DNA of 59,963 nucleotides, counting the filler. It is 5 parts of 5 records of this genome, joined end to end, with 100 filler letters (N's around TTAATTAATTAA, not from the genome) between each part and the next. Parts side by side here need not be neighbours in the genome. Positions count along the whole stretch, not along the records: positions 1 to 16,877 come from DRR723986_4948; 4 more parts are not named here. The stretch is one strand, 5' to 3'. Within the stretch, counting starts at the first letter, position 1. The number at the start of each line of letters is the position of its first letter. Positions 1-10,302 of the stretch are shown here, piece after piece. The notes below the pieces were generated by a model that made no database searches, was not told the origin of the DNA, and worked only from the letters and a program-made list of their open reading frames with translations. The translations under genes and the position numbers were made by a program.

Positions 1-319
1 GCTCTGCTGCGCTCGGCTTTTTTGAGTTTTTTTGTTTGTCACTGGTTTAGAACTCCAAAGTCAATGATTCGAGCCAAAAAGACTTCAATCCCAAAGTCTT
101 TGGGTTTGACGATCATTGACGAACAAAAAGAAAAAAGCAAGCCGGAAGTCTGCGACGGCGAAGCGCTCAAGAGTTCAAGAATACACCAAACAAAAAACCG
201 TAATCCAGAGCCTCTATGAAAACATTTGAACAGTTAATATTTGTGAACTGCATGCACTTATGATATTATGCGACGGCAAAACCATTTCTTGTGTCATTAA
301 CAGGCTGCAGGCAAATCCG

Positions 320-712
320 ATGAAAGTCAGTTACGTTTCGATCTTTGTAGATGACCAGATTAAGGCACGTGATTTTTATACCAAAATTCTCGGTTTTGAA
401 GTGCGTACAGAGATAAACTACGATGGAATTTACTGGATGACGCTCGCAGAAAAGGGCCGTCCCGATGGTGCGGAAATAAGTCTTGAACCGGCCGGACTGC
501 ATCAATTTATCGCCGATTACCAGGCGACGATGTTTAAGAAAAATATTCCACAGACCGCATTTACTGTTAGTGATATCCAAGCGGAATATGCGCGCTTGCA
601 GGAGCTGTTTGTTGAATTTCAGTCGGCGCCGAGCCTGCAGGGGGACGTGTGGACAGCCACATTTAATGATACTTGTGGCAATTGGATTCAGCTGCACCAG
701 CCCAAGGATTAG
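320..712 (+). CDS. VOC/glyoxalase/bleomycin-resistance family protein
   Basis: MKVSYVSIFVDDQIKARDFYTKILGF...TATFNDTCGNWIQL is a typical VOC pattern; start moved to the in-frame ATG at 320. Confidence 0.85.
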   Translation: MKVSYVSIFVDDQIKARDFYTKILGFEVRTEINYDGIYWMTLAEKGRPDGAEISLEPAGLHQFIADYQATMFKKNIPQTAFTVSDIQAEYARLQELFVEFQSAPSLQGDVWTATFNDTCGNWIQLHQPKD

Positions 713-821
713 GCGCTGAAAATTAGCGTATAGACGCCACATTTGCATGCTGCGCTGAATCTGCGCATTTTTGTGGATTCAAGCGGATTCCGACGACTTG
801 TATCATGTGGAGAAAGCTACT

Positions 822-3026
822 ATGCGGAAACGCAATTCCGTGCTGTTTAGAGCCCTGCAGTTAACGTTCTTATCTCAAATTCTGCTCCTACTGTTACTAT
901 CCTGCGAACACGCCCTGGCACAGCCGGATACAAGCGTGCTGGACGGTGAAGCGCCTGACGAAACACCTTTGCTGTGGTTTGGCGGATATGCTGGTTTTCA
1001 CCCGAACTTTCACTCTGTGGAGTTTTCCAGTTTACGGATTGGCGAAAACTGCTGTGATGATTTTACGGATACCGAAAGTAGCGCGCTGACACTTGGGCTG
1101 CACGTGGAGATGCCGCTCAGTGAAGTCTTGCGCCTGCAGCTGCGTGGTGGTGTGCAGGGGCTTGGTGGTGATTTCAGCGCCCTGGCGGAAGATGCGCGCC
1201 GCACGACCGTGATTTCGCCTAACGGTGATACCTCGGTTGTACCGATTGTGGTTGAACGCCGCTTAAAAGCGGATATCGCCACCTTCACTATTGAACCGAC
1301 GATGGCCTATTATTTGCTGCCGCGTTTTGCACTGATTGGCGGTTTTAAAGCCTCCGTCATTTCGACCTTTGATGTTGACTATGACGAAGTGATTTCGGAG
1401 CCTTCCAATGTGCGTTTTCTGGATGGATCGGATACGCGCTTTAATTTTAGTGGGGAACTGGAGAGCCGCGAGTCGCTGGCATTCAGTGCAGTGATTGGGG
1501 CATCGTATGACCTGCCCATCGCCGAACAGAGCAGCATCACACCCGAGGTTCGTTATTCGCTGGGACTGACTGATCTGGCCGCCGAGGGCTGGAAGACTTC
1601 GAGTTTTCAGATGGGCGTTGCGCTTAAAATTGCGCTGCCACGTGTTGGCACAACTACCTTCCGCGATACGCTCTACATCCGCGATACAACCACGAATGTA
1701 CTTGCCGGGATTACAGAGCCCGTGCTGCGCCGCGTGAGTGAAAGTGTTGTCTACGATACGCTGGAACGCAATTTCCGCGTTTTGGTGGCGAGTACAATTC
1801 GCGAAAGTTATGTGCGCGATGTGCCCAGCCGCGAATTCTCTGTGTCGATCAATGAGATGCGTCTGTTGGATGAGGATCGCAATCCTATCAAAGCAGAAGA
1901 TGCACAGATTAACCAGGTCGAGTTTGTTGATAATCTGCCGCTGCTGCCCTACGTGTTTTTTAACGAAGGCTCCAGCGATCTGGCCACAACGAAGGTTCGC
2001 ACGCTGCGCAGTGTTGAAACCGAGAGTTTTGATCAGTTTGGTCTGGACTCGCGCGATCCGCTGGCGATGTATCCGCAGCTGTTAAACATTATTGGTGCGC
2101 GCCTGCGTGCCAATCGTTTTGCGCGTGTAACTTTAACGGGTTGCAACAGCATCAGCGGCGCCGAAGGCAGAGATCCGCAACTCTCGCGCAATCGCGCATT
2201 GGCGGTCCGCGAATATCTGGTTGAGACCTGGAGCATTGATGATTCGCGGATTGATATCCTGACGCGCAACCTGCCGGAAGAACCATCGAACAATAATACC
2301 GACGACGGCCGCGAAGAGAATCGCCGCGTAGAAATCAGCTCAGATACTCCAGAGATTTTGCAGTCCGTCACCAGCCGCAGTTTCATCTATGAGTCGGCGA
2401 TCAAAACGCTGGTAGGATCAGTTAACATGAGCGCCGATGCCGGAATTGCGGACTGGCGCGTTGAATTTACGCTGGCCGGCAAAAAAGTCGCCGAAGCCAG
2501 TGGTGCGGAAACGCAGACGGGACGGATTGAATGGGATATTGCGCCGGAAGAACTTCTGGAAGCCGGTGGAGTAGTTAATGTGGCCCTGAGTGCCAGGGAT
2601 AAACTGGGTCAGGAACGCACTGCCGCCGCTGAATACAAGGTTAAAATTGCAACTGTTAAACAGAAGCGCGACCGCAAGGTTTCGGATAAAGCTATTGAGC
2701 GTTACCTGATTGCGATGTTCGGCTATAATCAATCTGAAATCAGCGATATCAGTCGTGGTGAAGTCATCAAACTGGGTAACGATTTGCGCAGTCGTGAATT
2801 CGGTTCGGCGGAGATTCACGGTTATACCGACCGTACAGGAGCCTCGGAATACAACGAACGCCTGGCATTGCGGCGCGCGGAGCAGGTCTTGAAGCTACTG
2901 GAACTGCCGGAAGAGCGCACGACGCTGCTGCCGATAGGCAGCAAGGTTTTGCTGTTTGACAATGATCATCCTGTTGGTCGTTTTTACTCGCGAACGGTGG
3001 AAGTGCGCGTAGTAATGGACATTTAG
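822..3026 (+). CDS. OmpA-family outer-membrane protein (N-terminal beta-barrel-like region plus two OmpA C-like domains)
   Basis: Signal peptide after MRKRNS; amphipathic beta strands; QLSRNRALAVREYL...DGREENRRVEI and GYTDRTGASEYNERLALRRA motifs; start uncertain (771 or 822). Confidence 0.8.
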   Translation: MRKRNSVLFRALQLTFLSQILLLLLLSCEHALAQPDTSVLDGEAPDETPLLWFGGYAGFHPNFHSVEFSSLRIGENCCDDFTDTESSALTLGLHVEMPLSEVLRLQLRGGVQGLGGDFSALAEDARRTTVISPNGDTSVVPIVVERRLKADIATFTIEPTMAYYLLPRFALIGGFKASVISTFDVDYDEVISEPSNVRFLDGSDTRFNFSGELESRESLAFSAVIGASYDLPIAEQSSITPEVRYSLGLTDLAAEGWKTSSFQMGVALKIALPRVGTTTFRDTLYIRDTTTNVLAGITEPVLRRVSESVVYDTLERNFRVLVASTIRESYVRDVPSREFSVSINEMRLLDEDRNPIKAEDAQINQVEFVDNLPLLPYVFFNEGSSDLATTKVRTLRSVETESFDQFGLDSRDPLAMYPQLLNIIGARLRANRFARVTLTGCNSISGAEGRDPQLSRNRALAVREYLVETWSIDDSRIDILTRNLPEEPSNNNTDDGREENRRVEISSDTPEILQSVTSRSFIYESAIKTLVGSVNMSADAGIADWRVEFTLAGKKVAEASGAETQTGRIEWDIAPEELLEAGGVVNVALSARDKLGQERTAAAEYKVKIATVKQKRDRKVSDKAIERYLIAMFGYNQSEISDISRGEVIKLGNDLRSREFGSAEIHGYTDRTGASEYNERLALRRAEQVLKLLELPEERTTLLPIGSKVLLFDNDHPVGRFYSRTVEVRVVMDI

Positions 3027-4948
3027 TGAATCTGAATTTGGTGCCTTCCTCGCTTATGTTAAACTCTCCGGCTTCCGGCGTGGCAGATGAACGTTCGATT
3101 GCCGTCCTGGCTTTCGCGAATCGCTCGTCTGCAGCCGACAGCGAGTATTTCAGTGACGGAATCAGCGAAGAGATCATCAATGCTCTGAGTCTGATTCGCG
3201 GCCTGAAAGTGATTGCGCGCACCTCCAGTTTTGCGTTTAAGGGGCAGGACAGGGATGTGCGTGAGATTGGCCAGATTCTGGGAGTCAGCAGCATTCTGGA
3301 AGGCAGCGTCATGCAGGCGCAGGGCCGTGTGCTCATTTCCGCGCGTTTAATTAGTGTTGCTGACGGCGGCACACTCTGGACACGCAATTTTGACCGCGAG
3401 CTACGGGACATATTTGCGCTGCAGGATGAAATCAGTTTGTTAATTGCCGATCAGATTCGCGAGCACTACGGCCACTTTGACGTGCAGGATCACCTGGTGC
3501 CGCAGCGCGATGTAAATGTTAAGGCCTACGACCTGTATCTGCGCGGCCGCTTTCACCAGCTCAAATGGAATCCGGCGGACTTGCAGGCGGCGACGGACTG
3601 GTATAAACGCAGTATCGAAATCGACCCGCAGTATGCTCTGCCACACTACGGCCTTGTGCAGTGTTACGGGATCATGGCATCCTGGAACTTCATGGATGCC
3701 GCCGAAGGCAATCGCCAGGCTGATTACTATTTCCTGCGCGGTCTGGGTCTGGATGACTCACTGGTTGAAGCCTATTTTGCACGCGCTACCAAAGCTTTCT
3801 GGGTTGAGTGGGATGTCGCCGCCGGCCGCAGTCATATTCAGCGAGCGATTGACATCTATCCGGCTTTCACGGAAGGGCATGAGTCCATGGCTGAAATGTA
3901 CACAGCCATCGGCGACTTCAGTGCGGCAATCAAACATACAGAAGCCGCGCTGCAGCGCAACCCACTTTCCTGCAATCACCTTTATACTCGCGGCAATATT
4001 TATTACCTGAGCGGCGCAATTGATTTGGCGCTGAACCAGATGCAGCAGATTTTGAAGCTCGACGGCGAGTGGTTGCTGGCACAGCAGCTCACGGCAACCT
4101 GCTTGATACTTCAGAACAATGAAGCCGGCCTGGAGCGTTTTCTGAGGGAGTATTCAGCATTCCCGAACACAGCCGAAAGCCGCCGGCTGTTTGCCTTGTT
4201 TAATGCGCGGGACGCAAGTTATGTGAAAATTGACAATCTCGACGATCCCAAGTTGCTGGACTGGGAGCTATATTGCCTTACGCACAGCGGGCGCATTTCT
4301 GAAGCACTTGTGCGGCTGGAGAACCTGGTGCGCGCACATGCGGGACGCGCAGTTAACTTTGTTAATGATCCATTACTCGTGCCGCTGCGCACACATCAGC
4401 GCTTTCAGAATTTGGCTGAATCCGCATTTGGTTCTAATCCCAGAGCAAGCCTCAAGTCTCAGCCGCAAACGGCTCAGGCGCCGGCCACCGATTTGGAAGC
4501 CGCGCCACAAGCACCAACCGCGGCGCAAGTAGTAGCCGGCAAGTCACAGACCGCCAGATCACAGACCGCAGAATCACATACTACCGGGCCGGAAGAAGAT
4601 CCGGCCGCGCTGCGCGCGCGGTTCTCAGCATTTGAGCAGCGCATCAGCCGGGAACAGCTCTATCTGGATCCGTCTCTGAACCTCAAGAAACTGGCCGGCA
4701 TTCTCGAAATTCACCCCAACCGACTTTCGTGGATCATTAATGAACTGGGGGCTGTTAACTTTAATGTTTTCATCAATGCCTTCCGGCTGGAAGACTTTCA
4801 GCGGCGGGCGCTGGACCCCGCGAATCAGCATGTTACGCTGTTGGGCTTGGCCTACGACAGCGGATTTAACTCCAAGACGGTGTTTAATCAGTTCTTCAAA
4901 AAACAGCTGGGCATGACACCACGTGCCTGGATGAGATTACACCAGTAA
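3026..4948 (+). CDS. TolB-like N-domain + TPR + C-terminal AraC HTH transcriptional regulator
   Basis: SIAVLAFAN...YFSDGISEEIINAL...VIARTSSFAFKG (TolB-like domain); TPR-like helices; LYLDPSLNLKKLA and LAYDSGFNSKTVFNQFFKKQLGMTP (AraC HTH). Confidence 0.85.
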   Translation: MNLNLVPSSLMLNSPASGVADERSIAVLAFANRSSAADSEYFSDGISEEIINALSLIRGLKVIARTSSFAFKGQDRDVREIGQILGVSSILEGSVMQAQGRVLISARLISVADGGTLWTRNFDRELRDIFALQDEISLLIADQIREHYGHFDVQDHLVPQRDVNVKAYDLYLRGRFHQLKWNPADLQAATDWYKRSIEIDPQYALPHYGLVQCYGIMASWNFMDAAEGNRQADYYFLRGLGLDDSLVEAYFARATKAFWVEWDVAAGRSHIQRAIDIYPAFTEGHESMAEMYTAIGDFSAAIKHTEAALQRNPLSCNHLYTRGNIYYLSGAIDLALNQMQQILKLDGEWLLAQQLTATCLILQNNEAGLERFLREYSAFPNTAESRRLFALFNARDASYVKIDNLDDPKLLDWELYCLTHSGRISEALVRLENLVRAHAGRAVNFVNDPLLVPLRTHQRFQNLAESAFGSNPRASLKSQPQTAQAPATDLEAAPQAPTAAQVVAGKSQTARSQTAESHTTGPEEDPAALRARFSAFEQRISREQLYLDPSLNLKKLAGILEIHPNRLSWIINELGAVNFNVFINAFRLEDFQRRALDPANQHVTLLGLAYDSGFNSKTVFNQFFKKQLGMTPRAWMRLHQ

Positions 4949-5021
4949 GTGCCGGAACTTCACCTGAGCGCCAAAGTGCGGAATCTCATCTGATTGTAGT
5001 CCAAAAGTGCGGAATCTCACC
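4946..5021 (+). repeat. Three imperfect direct repeats AAGTGC(C)GGAAYYTCAYC, putative operator
   Basis: aagtgccggaacttcacc (~4947), ccaaagtgcggaatctcatc (4971), ccaaaagtgcggaatctcacc (5001), between the AraC gene and the hydrolase. Confidence 0.6.
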
Positions 5022-5069
5022 AGTTCGTGCGTTCTTATAATCTGGAATGATGCGCGGCGCCTGCAGCCC

Positions 5070-5100
5070 TAGTTTTGTGTCAAGAAATTTTGCTGACACA
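5070..5100 (+). promoter_or_regulatory. TAnnTTTG (Bacteroidota-type -7 box) overlapping inverted repeat TGTGTCA-N11-TGACACA
   Basis: tagttttg at 5070-5077; tgtgtca 5076-5082 / tgacaca 5094-5100, just upstream of ATG 5119. Confidence 0.4.
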
Positions 5101-5118
5101 TTTTCTGGGAGTTGAACG

Positions 5119-6381
5119 ATGACGCGCTTCACACTTTTACCTGTGCTTCTGACTGTACTTGTTTTGGGATTCACGGCTTGTGACGATGACTCACCGACAT
5201 CAGGCTCGGGGACATCGGGCTCGGGGACTGCGGCTGTGACGGATGATGCTTCACTGACTGCCGCGCTGCAGGACATACTTGAGGATTCGGGCTGGCCGGG
5301 GCTGAGTGTTTCGATTGCAGTTGACAATCAAATCCGTTATCAGTCTGGATTTGGGCTGAGTGACATAGAGTCGGGCAAGGCGTATACGCCGCAGACAATC
5401 CAGCCGATTGCATCAATCAGTAAAACATTTATTGCCGCCGCGCTCATGAAAGCAGTTGAGCAGGGGCATCTGACAATGGAAACGCCGGTTAATCATGTTT
5501 TGCCGATTGAATTACGCAATCCATTGCGCCCTGAAGCCGAGATAAGAATTAAACATCTGGTGACACATACGAGCGGGATTCGCGACGACCTGCAAGCATT
5601 TTTTGCAACCTATCACATCCTGCCGGGCCAGGCAATGCGCGACGGCAATTACGAGCGCGGCACGAACTTCCTGCAGTCCAGTTTTGGCGCTGAAGTCCGT
5701 GCTGCGGGCGACCTGGATGAAGTTCTGGCGGAATACTTTTTACCCGGCGGTGATCTCTACAGCCAGGCTAACTTCGCGGCTGATGCGCCTGGGGCTGTCT
5801 GGACCTACTCGAACATGGCGAGTTCACTCGTGGCGTTTATCATTGAAGAAAGCACACAAACAGACTTCCGCGAATATGTTAAGACCTGGGTGTTACAGCC
5901 ATTGGGCATGCATGACTCCGGGTTTGATGTTAACACGCTGGATCAGGCTAATCTGGCGACGCTGTACTACGACCGCGCGAGCCCACTGCCGCAGTACGGA
6001 TTTGATGCCTATCCCTCCGGAGGCATCTATGCGAGCAGCCAGGATATGTCACTTTACATGCTGGATATGCTACTTGGGGCTCAGGGGCTTTCGTCTGTTC
6101 TGTTTAGCGCGGAGCACTATGCGCAGCTGTTCAAATCCCCACTTTCCGCTGCCGGGGCGCCACAAAACAATGCCATCTTCTGGTTCCTGGAGAACGGCAA
6201 ACCCTGGCACAGCGGCGGTGATCCTGGATTGGCAACAAATCTGGTACTTGATCCTGAGAGACGTGCCGCCTGGTATATTGCGATTAACAATGACGCGTTG
6301 ACGGAAGAACACAACGCCGTTTTTGCGCGGATGAATCAGAGAATTGACGCGGCTGTACGCGCTTACATCCAGGCCAACTGA
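5119..6381 (+). CDS. Serine hydrolase, beta-lactamase class C/AmpC-like family, lipoprotein
   Basis: Lipobox FTAC; SxxK (IASISKT), YSN, HSGG motifs, LVTHTSGI. Confidence 0.88.
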   Translation: MTRFTLLPVLLTVLVLGFTACDDDSPTSGSGTSGSGTAAVTDDASLTAALQDILEDSGWPGLSVSIAVDNQIRYQSGFGLSDIESGKAYTPQTIQPIASISKTFIAAALMKAVEQGHLTMETPVNHVLPIELRNPLRPEAEIRIKHLVTHTSGIRDDLQAFFATYHILPGQAMRDGNYERGTNFLQSSFGAEVRAAGDLDEVLAEYFLPGGDLYSQANFAADAPGAVWTYSNMASSLVAFIIEESTQTDFREYVKTWVLQPLGMHDSGFDVNTLDQANLATLYYDRASPLPQYGFDAYPSGGIYASSQDMSLYMLDMLLGAQGLSSVLFSAEHYAQLFKSPLSAAGAPQNNAIFWFLENGKPWHSGGDPGLATNLVLDPERRAAWYIAINNDALTEEHNAVFARMNQRIDAAVRAYIQAN

Positions 6382-6755
6382 TCTCACTGACCTCACTGTT
6401 TTTAACTGTGTTCTCCATCGATAAACGCTGAGACTACCATGGGTGCTGCCATACATCTTCAATTGGCCGGGCGTGTCCTACTATTCATGATGAGTGGACG
6501 TTCATCAGCTCCAGCCGGCGAGAGTTGGAATACTGCAGAGTTTGAACACGCGCAGTCCCAGGCAAATGAGCCGGCGCAGCTTAAACAAGGTTCCGCGGCT
6601 GAATCAATTGTTGCTGCTGACTGCGTGACTAACAAGAAGACAAACAAAGCTAGACCGCAAGCGGGCTAAAGCGCGGATACATGGCTTAACATTGCGTAGC
6701 GTACAAAACAGATTTACAAACAATAAGTAGCGAAATAGTTTTTGGAGAAACTGCA

Positions 6756-7610
6756 ATGCGCATTTTACTTGCCGGAGGAACCGGCTACCTGGGCGGATTT
6801 ATTACGCGCGAAATGTTAAATCGCGGAATGGAATTTTCGGCACTTGCACGTAAACCCCAAAAACTGCGTGAATTAGGCATGCAAAGTGACAAGATTATCA
6901 GAGCTGAAGTCACAAATCCCGAGACTTTGAGCGGCGTCTGCCAAGACGTAGATGTTGTGATTTCAACAATTGGGATTACGCGGCAGACCGATGGTTTGAG
7001 TTATATGGATGTTGATTATGCCGCAAATGTTAATCTGTTAAAAGAAGCCCAGCGCAGTGGCGTCAGAAAGTTTATCTACGTCTCGGTCTTACATGGTGAG
7101 CAGCTGCGCAATCTCGCTATCTGTGATGCCAAGGAGCGTTTTGTAGAGGCGCTGCAGCAGTCGGGACTGGAGTATACAGTCGTGCGTCCCGGAGGTTTTT
7201 TTGGCGACCTGAAGGAGTTTTATACAATGGCGCAGCGTGGCCGTGGATATTTGATTGGCAGAGGCGAGTTTAAGTCAAATCCAATTCATGGCAAAGATCT
7301 CGCCGAAGTCTGTCTGGACCTGCTTGAGCAAAATGTTAAAAACATCGAAGTTGGTGGGCCGGAAGTTTTAACACAGCGTCAAATGTTGGAAACCGCATTT
7401 GCGGCGCTCGGCACAGCTCCACGCATCTTGCATATTCCCGAGTGGCTGCGCACAATGACACTCAAACTGGGGCGCTATCTGATGCCCGCGACACGTTTTG
7501 GCCCGCTCGAGTTCTTTCTGACGGTGATGGCGCGTGATATGGTCGCTCCCAAATATGGCATTCACACTCTGCGCGATTATTTTGGCCTCTTAAACCGTGG
7601 TGACGCCTGA
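6756..7610 (+). CDS. SDR/NmrA-like NAD(P)-dependent oxidoreductase
   Basis: ILLAGGTGYLG Rossmann motif, DVVISTIG, YTVVRPGGFF; GGAG RBS. Confidence 0.85.
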   Translation: MRILLAGGTGYLGGFITREMLNRGMEFSALARKPQKLRELGMQSDKIIRAEVTNPETLSGVCQDVDVVISTIGITRQTDGLSYMDVDYAANVNLLKEAQRSGVRKFIYVSVLHGEQLRNLAICDAKERFVEALQQSGLEYTVVRPGGFFGDLKEFYTMAQRGRGYLIGRGEFKSNPIHGKDLAEVCLDLLEQNVKNIEVGGPEVLTQRQMLETAFAALGTAPRILHIPEWLRTMTLKLGRYLMPATRFGPLEFFLTVMARDMVAPKYGIHTLRDYFGLLNRGDA

Positions 7611-7704
7611 GTACCTAAGAATTTGCGGCTGGGGGAGTTGATTGTGAAAACTGCCCCAGCCACAAAACATTGTCTTAAGATCGCAATTTTCTGAATGACA
7701 CAAT

Positions 7705-8196
7705 TCAGAAAATCGGATCAACCACCACGACTTCTGTTGAGCCCAGCAACTTGAGTGTGCTGCCGACTTCAACGTCAACCAGACTGATTGCCATGGGCGA
7801 GCCGTTAAATGCCGATGGACCAACCTGGTAACGAATTGTATCGGATTTATCGACAAGTCCATTACTGTGCACTGTATTGATGTGGAAGTCAATCGGAAGA
7901 TTGTTCGCCTGGTAATGCAGCTGCAACTCGTGATGTGACGCGGTGTAAATATTAACCGAATGATTATTGGTTTTGAACAAACATGCAGTCGCGAAATCGT
8001 TGATGTAACCGTTGCCGCCGTCAGGATCGTTTTGCCCGCTCATCTTACGCGCATAACCCTGAAAGTTAACAATCCAGTCACCATTCTGCGCATTGACTTC
8101 GCCTGCAAAAGCCCAGATTTGAATCTCAAAGGGATAAAATCCGGCAGCCACAGCCTGTACCGGAATACCAAAATTTGCTCTGCGATTTGTTGACAT
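7705..8196 (-). CDS. Hypothetical 163-aa beta-rich protein (paralog of 11728-12219)
   Basis: Clean ORF with GGGAGAG RBS; alignable end to end with its paralog; ends TEVVVVDPIF. Confidence 0.75.
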   Translation of the reverse strand: MSTNRRANFGIPVQAVAAGFYPFEIQIWAFAGEVNAQNGDWIVNFQGYARKMSGQNDPDGGNGYINDFATACLFKTNNHSVNIYTASHHELQLHYQANNLPIDFHINTVHSNGLVDKSDTIRYQVGPSAFNGSPMAISLVDVEVGSTLKLLGSTEVVVVDPIF

Positions 8197-8507
8197 GTTC
8201 TCTCCCGTCTTGACTTCTGAAACTACAACTTAACAGGCGCAATGTTAAGCCCACTTCAGGTGTCCGGCAAACCACGTGAACTGTAAAATGATGTTTTCGA
8301 GATCGTCAATGTTTTGAAGGTGTTGCCGCTTAAGGCAGTCTGGGAGCGCAGTTACGGGCCAAGCGTTCATAAAGTCGGCCCGCTAACATTCGCTTTTCAA
8401 AGTCTTGTGCATTGGTTGTATATTGCGAGTTAGCTGACATTCCAATGCGTACTGGAATGCCCGACCACCATCTACACAACCGAACGTACCGGGAGTTACG
8501 ATCTGCC

Positions 8508-10028
8508 ATGGAAACCGAAGATCGCTTGCTGGAGTTGATCCAAAGCATGACCAGACAGGAAAAACGCTACTTCAAATTGTATTCATCATTCTACAGTAAA
8601 AAGAACAGCAAAAAGTGTGTCGTACTGTTCGACATCCTGAATAAGGCGGGGCAGGACAAAAACAAAGTTCAAAAGTTGTTGGCCAAACAATTTTCAGCGG
8701 CGGGCCTTCCACGCTTCAAAAATGAACTGTTCGTTTTGGTACTTGACAGTCTGGTATCATTCCGCGCACAACATCTCTCGGACAAGGAAATCCGCACCTT
8801 GCTGGAGTATGTAGAAGTCTTGCTGGAAAAGGGTTTACAGCGGCAGGCCGCAAAACTGTTGGCCAAGGCCAAGAAGATGGCCACAGATGTTGAAAATCAC
8901 CTCATGAAACTGCAGGTGCTGTTCTGGGAACGTTCGCTGGTGTTAAGTCGCTATGACAAGGACGTCGAGTTTCAACTGCAAAATGTGTATCAGGAAGTCA
9001 AGGCGGAAACGGTACGTCAACAAACCTGGCAGCAGTACGCGCAATTGCAGGACCGCAGTGTTTTACTTTGGGGCAGCCGCAAACAGCAGGCTGATGCAAG
9101 TATAAGCGCGCGTTTGAATGAATTGTTTGCAGATCAGGCGATTGTGCAGGAATCACAGGCGACGACAGTACGTGCCCGCATCGCACGTTATCATATTTTG
9201 GGTTTGAAGGCTCTAAGTCAAAATCAATATGAACAGGCGATCGAGCATTCGAGTGCGCTGATCAAACTCTACGAAGCACATCCGGCATTAATGGCCAACA
9301 ACCTGAATCAATACACGCGTTACCTGCTGCAGCACCTGACAATTCTGGTGGAGTCCAAGCAACATGCACAAGTCTTTGAGTTGGTAACACAAATCAAAGG
9401 CATGACACATTTGCCGCAGCACCTTTACCTGATAACCGTGCTGGGAGCGATGAGTGTCGAATTGACGCTTTTGATAAACATGCGCAATGCTGCGCGTGCC
9501 GCAGAAGTCGTCCAGGAGATTACGGCGTATCTGCGCTACAACAACAGTTCGATACATCCGCAGAATTACATCAATCTGTGCCACAACTGCATGGCATTTC
9601 ACTTTTTGATGGGGAACTATCCCGCGGCGCTTGAATTGCTTAACCTGATATTGGTGGAACGGCGCGTGACTCTGCGCAAGGACATCCAGGATTGTGCGCG
9701 CGCATTTAGTCTGGTTCTGCACTACGAACTGGGCAACTCAGAGGTACTTGAGAACTTAATCCGATCGACCCGACGCTATCTCAAGAAACGAGATCAGGCC
9801 GATACGCTTGAGCATTTGATCACCGAAACAATTCGCCGGCTTATCTCGATTGTGGATACCAGTCAAAAGTCACAATTATTTGCAGAGTTAATTCACAATC
9901 TGGAAAAATTACAACAAGCGAATCAGGCTCAAATGGTCGGCATCGATGAACTGCAGCTCTGGGCTAAAAGCCACACCGGCAAGACAGGAATCCGGGAATT
10001 GTATCTGGCCGGCGAGGGTGCGCTTTGA
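8508..10028 (+). CDS. Uncharacterised 506-aa helical/TPR-like protein (LxxLIxxMxxQEKRYFK family; paralog of 12530-14050)
   Basis: Start at METEDRLL (ATG 8508, GGGAG upstream); shares QEKRYFKLYSSFY, LFWERSL, NLCHNCMAFHFL, LVLHYELG with its paralog. Confidence 0.85.
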   Translation: METEDRLLELIQSMTRQEKRYFKLYSSFYSKKNSKKCVVLFDILNKAGQDKNKVQKLLAKQFSAAGLPRFKNELFVLVLDSLVSFRAQHLSDKEIRTLLEYVEVLLEKGLQRQAAKLLAKAKKMATDVENHLMKLQVLFWERSLVLSRYDKDVEFQLQNVYQEVKAETVRQQTWQQYAQLQDRSVLLWGSRKQQADASISARLNELFADQAIVQESQATTVRARIARYHILGLKALSQNQYEQAIEHSSALIKLYEAHPALMANNLNQYTRYLLQHLTILVESKQHAQVFELVTQIKGMTHLPQHLYLITVLGAMSVELTLLINMRNAARAAEVVQEITAYLRYNNSSIHPQNYINLCHNCMAFHFLMGNYPAALELLNLILVERRVTLRKDIQDCARAFSLVLHYELGNSEVLENLIRSTRRYLKKRDQADTLEHLITETIRRLISIVDTSQKSQLFAELIHNLEKLQQANQAQMVGIDELQLWAKSHTGKTGIRELYLAGEGAL

Positions 10029-10302
10029 CAAAATGTTAATACTTTAAGTCTGCCACGTTTTGTTTTGAAAGTGAGAATCACGGCTGCGGAATATTACACT
10101 GTAAGTGCCATAAGGTTTTGCTGTGCATAGACTTAGCTTCGGAGTTTGTTCCGCGAAACTCCAAAAATTGCAATTGATTGGTTTTTGCGCGGAGCGCTCT
10201 ACAGCTATACTTGCCATTGAACAATCCGGATGTTCTCACCGTGGGCGCTGTTCCGCTTCCCACACAATTATTTAACAACCTTACTCTGGGAAAAGTCCAA
10301 CC

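Noticed and set aside
4946-5021. Direct repeats as a mini-CRISPR array
   Set aside because: Repeats of about 18-20 bp with gaps of only about 6-10 bp, degenerate, no cas genes; an operator fits better
6439-6669. 76-aa ORF between the hydrolase and the SDR
   Set aside because: No RBS or recognisable motif; cannot be supported
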